Source: Octopus sinensis
Taxonomy: Eukaryota
Length of the DNA: 64,000 bases
Assembly: GCF_006345805.1 (NCBI RefSeq)
Contig: NC_043004.1
Span: forward strand, 29,140,001-29,204,000
Reading direction: 5' to 3'
Shown: piece after piece, positions 1 to 64,000 of the stretch
Numbering within the stretch: the stretch's first letter is position 1
How the letters are laid out: every line of letters starts with the position of its first letter
Notes under the pieces: model-generated
Told to the model about the DNA's origin: nothing
Seen by the model: the letters and a program-made list of their open reading frames with translations, nothing else
The model's database searches: none
Made by a program: the position numbers and the translations under genes

Positions 1-2342
1 TCTGATGCTATTTTTGTTCCACTTTTAGTTTTCATTGGGTGCACTTTTTGTATTTGAGGATATATATATAGCTGTGTTTCCATATATTAGCTGCACTGAA
101 TTTATATAATGCTACAGATTATTTTAAAAGCAATTATGTGTGTGTGTGTGTGTCTGCGCGCGCGTGCGTGTGTGTGTATACATATGTATATATGCATATG
201 TGTGAGTGTATATATTTTATTAAATCTGGCTGGACTAACTACGAATAGTTGATTAAGCTAGCAAATCTTAGAGCAGCTACCAAGTCCCACGTCAATTATT
301 TGGTGACAAGTACTCTACTGATGAAAGCTACTCTATCGTTCAGAATGTCATCCAAATCATATTATTATCTCATTTTTAGTGAAAAAGCAAATACTTTTCT
401 AATGCAGAGTCACGTCTATACTACTTATTCGACAAGCTCATACACATTCTTTCTAATGCCTCAAGGCTTTTGTGTACATTGCATAGTTCGTATAATTAGA
501 ACACAGCCAATCCATGACTACCCGGCAATGGTGGAGCAGGTTTACACTGTTTTTCTAGCAATATAGCCAAATATTTGTCACCTAGAATGATAATCAATTA
601 GAGGCTATAAATATAAATTTTCAATTAGAGAATTTCTCTTATTAGCACGTGATTAGTCTGGAACTGCCAAAAGAGAAAGGCGTCTTTCGTAAAATTTCTG
701 TAATAGTAAATATGTGCTTGTTAAAGCAGAGTTATAGTGTGTATATGACTGGGCTATTTTAGAGTTTTAGCCATTACGCTTTCAGCAAAAGCTGTTGTTT
801 AATATGACCCCCCCCCCACCACCACCAAAAAAAAAACCCAGTTATGTAGCCTCTTCCAAACTAACATACTGAAACTTCAGAGAGAATTCACAACAGCGTG
901 AAGTTTCATGATCTCAATATGGATATCCGATTGTAGAGAAACGCTTGTTACCGAATACGCCATAGTCCACCTTGATACCTTTTTTCTGCATGAGAAGCAA
1001 TGGCATGGCCATTGGTGGGATTTAAATACCTACGAAGAATCTGCACTTAGAAAGCAAAGATGGGAAGACATCTCGTCCAGAGTTCTAACGCTTCCATCAA
1101 TCCCCTGATTGGCGTTTGATTGAGCTTTGAATCCCGAAAAGTTGAAAGGTAAAGTTGGCTTCAGTAGAATTTGATCCCAGGACGTAGATCCCCGGAATGA
1201 ATGCTGCAATGCATTCTGATTCTCTGATAACTCTCATTTCGACCAATTCTTATATGCTGAACCTCAGCCTTGTTTCGACATACAATTTTTCGTTCAAATT
1301 CTCTTTCCTTAACGTTTCTTTGTGACAATCTCTCTATTGCTGGTTATCATAACACATTATGATTTTTTTCAACTCTTGTGGGTAGTAATACAATCAAGAC
1401 TCAGATTTCAAGATACCAGCGGTTCTTGATGCCATTAAAGCAGTTCACATTGTTGCAAGCCGAATCTCCAATTCCTTTTCCACCTCCGGCTTTCCTACAG
1501 GCATTGACCTTCAGCTGTTCCGCTTGGCCATCAGCTGCATCAATCTGGGAAAGTCTTCAGAGGCAATGGACCCTGTCTCACTCTTCTGACTAACTTACAA
1601 AAATACATGGGTACTTACATACACACATTAATAAACAAGATGCTTCTAAATGTCTCGATTTCTGAATCATGCTTCTCTCTCAAACATAATTTAACTTATG
1701 ATAGAATTTAAATTCCTACAGTTTTTATTTAGTTTGTAAATATCTTTATGGCAATAGTTATTTTTTAAAATTTGCAGCAGTTACTTTAAGTTTGTTTTTT
1801 AAGCTAATGTCTGTTTTACATCGTGTTAACAAAATATGGTGTTGATAGCAATCTGCACAAATTCCATGTGACAAAGTAGAAGTATAGTAGAGGTCAATAA
1901 CTCAATAACTAAAGTTCTGATTTTGTCAACAACATTATAAAACATTCATTGGCTGTACGCGGTTATTTATTAAACTTATCAGTCGTTGACAAAGGAATCC
2001 TGGTTATGTTGGAATCTCTACTATTTACGGTGTTATTTCAATAAATAAATAGAAAAGTGAACCTTGCTATTGCATTATTTGATATGAGAATAATATGAGT
2101 GGGAGATAGAAATAAAGACCATTCACGAAAAATTAAATCTGATATCTTATTTTAGTTGGGAAAATATTTCCTCTATTACTAATTGACTTAAACATATATC
2201 AACATCAAAACCTCTCATTGTTCGTACATATGAATTTTAGAATTCACATCTATGAAAGAGATCATGTGTGTATTGAAAAATATTGTTACATGTATTTAAA
2301 ATATTTTTGCTGAAAGATAACCATTGATTCTTTTCTTTTTAG

Positions 2343-57929
<55,587 letters not shown>

Positions 57930-58083
57930 ATAATGTCCTAATCGACGTGAAACTGAATATTCCTATACATGCATGCATGCATGTATGCATGCATGTATGT
58001 ATGTATGGATGTATGTATGCATAGATGGATGGATGGATGGATGTATATATGTACGTGTAAATATGTATGTGTGTGTATGTGTG

Positions 58084-58144
<61 letters not shown>

Positions 58145-58698
58145 CGAGAGAGAGTAAGAGAGCGAGCGACAGAGTGAGAAAAAAGAATAGAAAGTGGGGA
58201 AAGTCTGGAAACTTTATGCTAACATTTGATGCAGTTTCACCACATTACAATGTGCGTTTACTTACATTCAACAATACATATATGTTTATATATATAGATA
58301 ATGCACACAAACAAACATACACATACGCATCAGCGCACACGTGCATAATACATAAACATGCACACACACACACACACACATAAACATATGTATATATTTG
58401 TACATGAACATTTGTAAATGCTAATGTCTACTGGAGTTTCGTACATACAAAAATCGAGTCTAATCATTTGGTACTTGCCATGACTTTGAGCCACATGCAG
58501 CCCGGTCGGTAGGTCCTTATAGGTCGTTAGTGAGCTTGGTTTCTCATCGATTAACAATGACCTGCCTTTCAAGTCACCCATGCTGAGCTGCACGATTTAT
58601 CTTGTGTCCACAAAGCTCTTAGTAACCGTTCATCTACAAATATATACTCTACATAATATCCTGGATACTATTTTCTGTCTTCGGGCACATAAATGTGT

Positions 58699-58772
<74 letters not shown>

Positions 58773-58796
58773 CAGATGTCCACATATATGTATATA

Positions 58797-58847
<51 letters not shown>

Positions 58848-60608
58848 GTATGTTTGTGTGTATATACATATATACATACATATTTATATACATATATATA
58901 CATACATATATACTTATATACATGCGTGTATATATATATATTTATATTTGTATATATATATATATATATAAATATATGCATATATGTATATATATATATA
59001 TGTATATATATACATTCATATACACACATATGTGCACGCACACACACGCACACACGCAGACACACATAATACAATAGTAATACGTGCATATTTAATGCAA
59101 TCATAGATAATCACATACACGAAAACATTTGAGAAAGATGCCTATATATCCTAATGTAAAATGTATAATACATATGTATAGAAACATGACCTAATTGCAA
59201 TGTAGATATTCACTGATCAGGCCAAAGTTAGTGGAAACACTTAACGACATATTTGTACAATTGTGTATGCTTGAAAACTATCACCAGTTAAATACTGCTG
59301 AAGTTTTGTAAAAGATCCAAACATTTTTATGTTAATCAATTTCAAATATTAAATGTAAATAAATGATATTACTAGTTGTCCTTGAAGGACTACATACGCG
59401 ACTGGTTAATTGGTAGCTAACCAGCCAATTTTTGAAATAATGTTATGCCAAACGTATGTCGTACACAGAAAATATCGTGGCTGAATAAAGGGTTTGATCA
59501 ATTTTTATTTGTTATTATACATTTCTTTATAAAATTTCCTTGCTTGAGAAATTATTTTTCGAAAGCGTGCTGATACTGTCATGTTCATTTATGTCTAAGC
59601 GAATATGTAAACCTCACAAACTTACAATCTTAATATTTAAACCTTATATTAATTTTTTTTTAATATTTTAATATTTAAATCTTATTTTTCATTATATAAT
59701 TACTAAGAGTTATGTTAGAAAAAAATTTAACATAAGACTTCTGTGACTTGATGAATCGATAGCTGTGATATACTTAATGAAAAAACAACAGTGTACTAAA
59801 TGTCATGACTTTTTGTTATTGCTTTAATCCATTTATCAAATCATCTAACCGCTGGATAAAGCCCTTCCATCTTATTTCCCCAGATCTGGTTTGTTTGGGC
59901 TGTCCAATCTCCAATTATTTTCAATTCTCTTTAATTTGGTCTCTCACATTTTTTTTTTTGTGGTCGTTCTCTGTTCCTTTCGTAATTGTGTAAATGTTGA
60001 AGAGTACAGAAAAATGGTGAATTCCTTTTACTAGCAGTACCTGAAATCAAACTTGACATGCGAAATAAAATTGACTTCTATAGGGCTCCAGTAATACTGC
60101 CTGAATGTTTTGAATATTTTCCTATTGAGTAAATGAAAATATCTTGCCTAAAGGCATTAGTAAACTACCATTTATTTTGATGACATTTATTATAAGATAG
60201 GACTTGGCAAATTAACAATTTAATTACCTTCTTATAAGCAAATATATATATATATATATATAACGAAATAGTGGTACCTTTTTTTGCCACAAAAAGCTTC
60301 ATCTTCAACTAGTTAACCCCTTCTCTCGCATTAAATGCACCTAAAGTGAGATCGTACTCAAATAAAGTTTCCATGTAATCAGTAAAATACTTTGAAAGCA
60401 CGGGGGTAAATGTTTTATTGCTTTCAGAGTGACAGACGATTTTGTAATTATTTTCTCCGAATGTTCTTCTGTGAGCTCTTTTGCTCCAGGAAATGTTCCC
60501 ATTTGGAAGGAAACCTGATAGCGTTCAATCCCACAAAGCGTGTTTACATATTATTATAAATGTCTCTCTCTCCCTCTCTCTCTCTCTTATTTTCAATCTC
60601 TAACTCTC

Positions 60609-60653
<45 letters not shown>

Positions 60654-60960
60654 TCTCAGTACACACACACACATATGTATGTGTAAGCAGTATTGTCAGA
60701 GATGTAAAGTACTATAACAAATCCATTTTACAGGTTGCAAATATCGTATATAGAACTCAACATGTTCTGTAGAGTGGATGAAGATATTTATTATAACAAA
60801 AGTTGAGAGTCAGCATTGATTTTCGATATTATATAATATACATACATACATGGGTTCAGTTCCACTGTGTGGCACCTTAGGCAAATATCTTCTACTATAG
60901 ACATGTGCCGACCAAGGTTTCGTAGGCGGAAATTGAAAGAAGCCTATCGTATATATATAA

Positions 60961-61025
<65 letters not shown>

Positions 61026-61920
61026 CAGGAGTTGGACAAAATAATGGAAACACCTTAAAATTTCAAACAAATTTATTTTAATATAGTTTAGGACCGCCTT
61101 TGGCATTAATTACAGCTTGAATTCTACGAGTTATAGACTCGTACAAAGTTTGAATTGTTTCCAAAGGAATTTTTGTCCATTCTTCAGGTAAAACAGTCTC
61201 CACTTCTTGTAGTGATGATGGTGGAAGAAGGCAGTCTGGGTCAAATGCTTCTTTTGACTGTCTCCACACGTATACTCAGCCGGTGGTCAGAAATAAGGTA
61301 AAGGATGACTCGTCCAAGAAAATAACATTCTTCTACTGCTCTAGGGACCATTTCTGTAGGTTTTTACTCCACTCTAAACGCTTTGCAACGTTTGTTTTTG
61401 AAAGTACTTTTTAAAATGTTTTTGCAATGATTGCAGCCCTCCCGTAAAATCCGGCTTTGTGCATCTCCTGGCGAACAGTTTTTGTGGAAACTGGGTTCTC
61501 TTGGTGGTCATTAAGCTCTGCAGTACTTTTGTGATCCTTTCTAACAATTCGCGTTAAAAGTCCGTCCAGCAGTCCCTATCTGAAAGTTTTGGTTTCCTTC
61601 GGAGGTTCTTTCCTCTTTCTTAAAGGCTGTCATTACTTTCGAGACAGTACTTCTTGATACAACAAATATTTCTCATTTCGACTGCCATACGAGGACCAAC
61701 AATTTGACCTCTTTGAAAGTCCGATAGATCTGTCATTTTAATGAATTTTAATTAACTTTTTCTGATATCTGAAAGAAACAGCAATTTTAGCAAAACCTAT
61801 TAAGCAACACTAATAATAAATAAAAAAAAAATAAATAAACAAGTTTTTGACGGTTTTATAGATACTTCAGAATTATGATGCTATGATGCTAGGTGTTTCC
61901 ATTATTTTGTCCAATCCCTG
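61026..61920 (-). mobile_element. Internally deleted Tc1-like element with 30-bp TIRs and TA flanks
   Basis: caggagttggacaaaataatggaaacacct / aggtgtttccattattttgtccaatccctg; minus strand MTDLSDFQRGQIVG..RKPKLSDRD..; C-terminus EEWTKIPLETIQTLYESITRRIQAVINAKGG. Confidence 0.92.
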
Positions 61921-61964
61921 TATATATATATGTATATATGTGTTTGTGTATATATATGTTTGTG

Positions 61965-62165
61965 TATCTGTTTGTCCCCTCACTATCGCTTGACGGCCGA
62001 TATTGGTGTGTTTATCCTCCTATAACTTAACGGTTTTGCAAAAGAGACCGATAGAATAAGTACTTGGATTGCAAAGAATAAGTGCTGGAGTTGATTGGTT
62101 CGACTAAAGGCGGTGCTCCAGCATGGCCGCAGTCAAATAACTGAAACAAATAAAAGAAAAGAAAA
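61965..62165 (+). mobile_element. SINE family B, 3' half
   Basis: tttgtcccctcactatcgcttgac..ggcggtgctccagcatggccgcagtcaaataactgaaac. Confidence 0.8.
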
Positions 62166-62529
62166 ACATATTCTACTCTATTCTATTTTCTCCCTCATCT
62201 TTTTCTCCTCTACACCGTTTTCTATCCCTCTCTCTCTCTCCCTCCTCTCTCTCCACTTCTTTCTCTTTTTCTCTCTCTCTCATTGCTCACACGTAACTAT
62301 CGTCCATCTTTCTTTCCCTCCCGTGATCATCTTTCTTTTCCTTCAGGACTGTCCTAAAGACTGGACGTATTCTATCTCTTTCGTATATCTTTTCTCTTTT
62401 CAAAGAAAATATTTTTCCAACGTTCGCTATTTTACCCTCTGGTCTAACGACCCTCCATTTCCTTGTATGTCTGCAATGTCCTGTTTTTTATGGAAGCAAC
62501 TGTCTTCGAAGACCCATATTGTCGTTCAA

Positions 62530-62680
62530 TGCTCGAAATGAGGAGTAGATAGACAGAAAACCGATGGAGGGCCGTTCTTTGTGTTACTTGTCCTGTTTTC
62601 CATTGGTTTCTCTCGCTGTTTGCATATTGAAATCAGTTGTTTTCATATTTCATGTTTACTGTTGGTGACGTCCTGTACCC
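62530..62680 (+). repeat. Interspersed repeat related to 29160-29325 (opposite orientation)
   Basis: Shared atgctcgaaat..c(t/c)gatg(a/g)agg..ttttccatt..gacgtcc(t) pattern; family not assigned. Confidence 0.5.
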
Positions 62681-62885
62681 ATATATGCATATATGTATGT
62701 GTGTATATATTTGTGTAAATATATATATATATATATAAAACTTATATTGTTCTTTTATTCTTTTACTTTTTTACTTAAGTCACTTGACTGTGGCCATGCT
62801 GGAGCATCGCCTTTTGTGTTTTCATGTTTGGGTTAACTTTATATATATATATAACTTCCGAGCTGTTTCCACTTTTACTTTTTAA

Positions 62886-62983
<98 letters not shown>

Positions 62984-63465
62984 GAGAGAGGAGGGGAGAG
63001 TTAAAAAGTAAAAGTGGATACAGCTCGGAAGTATGTTTAAATATTATTTTAACCTTTATTCTTTAATAGGACAGGATAAGCATTTTTATATTTGTTACAT
63101 TAAATGATTTTCATAAAAATATTACCGGTTTCGATGTGGATATTAATCTTATCCAATAAAAAATGTCAAAGTCAAGAATTAGGAAATAAGAATGAAAAAT
63201 TGGAAATTGAAACAGTTTGTTCTCATTTTCTGTACGTAGTTATTAACATGTTTGATATTTTCTCTTGAAGACTCCTCTTATATATACTGTTTATCTAGGG
63301 ATGTAGAACGGGTTCAAGGGGGTCAAGCGTCAAATATTCTATAGAATTGAATGGCAGAATTCTTGTGTCAAAAATTCTGTTGAATGGAAACGATTTATTT
63401 TCTATTCAAAATATGTTGAGCAGTGTGCGTATGTGTGTATTTGTGTGTGTGTGTGTGTGTGTGTG

Positions 63466-63531
<66 letters not shown>

Positions 63532-64000
63532 GCATGTGCGTGCCTGAGTGTGAGTGCATGTGTGTATCGTGTTAAATGGTAAAAAAAAGAAGTCTATTAA
63601 TAGGGTTTGGAAGAAATTATTTTCCTTTCGCTTTGCAGCGCGCGTGTGAATCTATGTTGTGTTTGTGTCCGTTTTGCATTTTTGGAAATATTGTTTTGGG
63701 AAAGAATGTATTGTTGTGTCAAAGATTCTCTTGAATTGAATTGCAGGTTTTCCTACTCAAAATATCTTCAGCTGTATGTGTTTGTCTTGTGATAAATGTT
63801 CAAATAGGTTTGAAAAAGTGATTTAAGGATGGTCGCAAATCCTTTTAAAAGGGTTTGGGAAGAAATTTTTTTTCTTCTTTTCTTTTACTTTGTGGTGTGT
63901 GTGTGTGTTTGTTTTCCATGTGTGCGCGCGAGCATGTAGCTGGAACTCTCCATAACAGGTGCATATGTAAGTGCATAACAGTGCATATACAAGCATATAC

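Noticed and set aside
468-510. FCVHCIVRII in ORF 249-566 resembles BMI1 RING FCKTCIVRYL
   Set aside because: No downstream CPxC, no acceptor at the expected position within the Phe codon and no matching phase-2 donor. Probably chance; revisit only if no RING exon is found upstream.
57930-60400. Polyadenylation site of the PCGF gene
   Set aside because: Several AATAAA hexamers occur in AT-rich sequence; none can be chosen without 3'-end data.

Overview
AT-rich eukaryotic DNA with dense microsatellites and one 100-N gap (37880-37979). The repeat families look like those of an octopus/cephalopod (inference from recognition, not a search). One protein-coding gene spans the window on the + strand: a Polycomb group RING finger (PCGF) gene of the BMI1/PCGF2/Drosophila Psc type. 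Seven phase-compatible GT-AG exons were assembled by eye (2343-2398, 4064-4111, 44746-44860, 48366-48414, 49692-49790, 53585-53665, 54129-57929; about 1416 aa). They encode the post-RING helix, the RAWUL domain and a 1266-aa terminal exon. The RING exons lie upstream of the window. The terminal exon carries one octapeptide repeat that switches from acidic (QQD[S/T]PEHI) to basic (QQSSP[R/K]H[V/M/I]). The introns hold SINEs, CR1, RTE and R4/Dong-like LINE fragments, Tc1/mariner remnants, a Helitron-like element, Penelope-type termini with hammerhead ribozyme motifs and many fold-back repeats. Best leads: (1) the charge-inverting tail on a PRC1 core subunit; (2) a perfect 152-bp palindrome holding two opposed hammerheads; (3) five R4-like LINE pieces all inserted in (CATA)n in the same polarity; (4) a pre-miRNA-like intronic hairpin; (5) compensatory stem changes linking a SINE tail to a CR1 LINE tail. 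Almost all other ORFs in the track are microsatellite or antisense artefacts.
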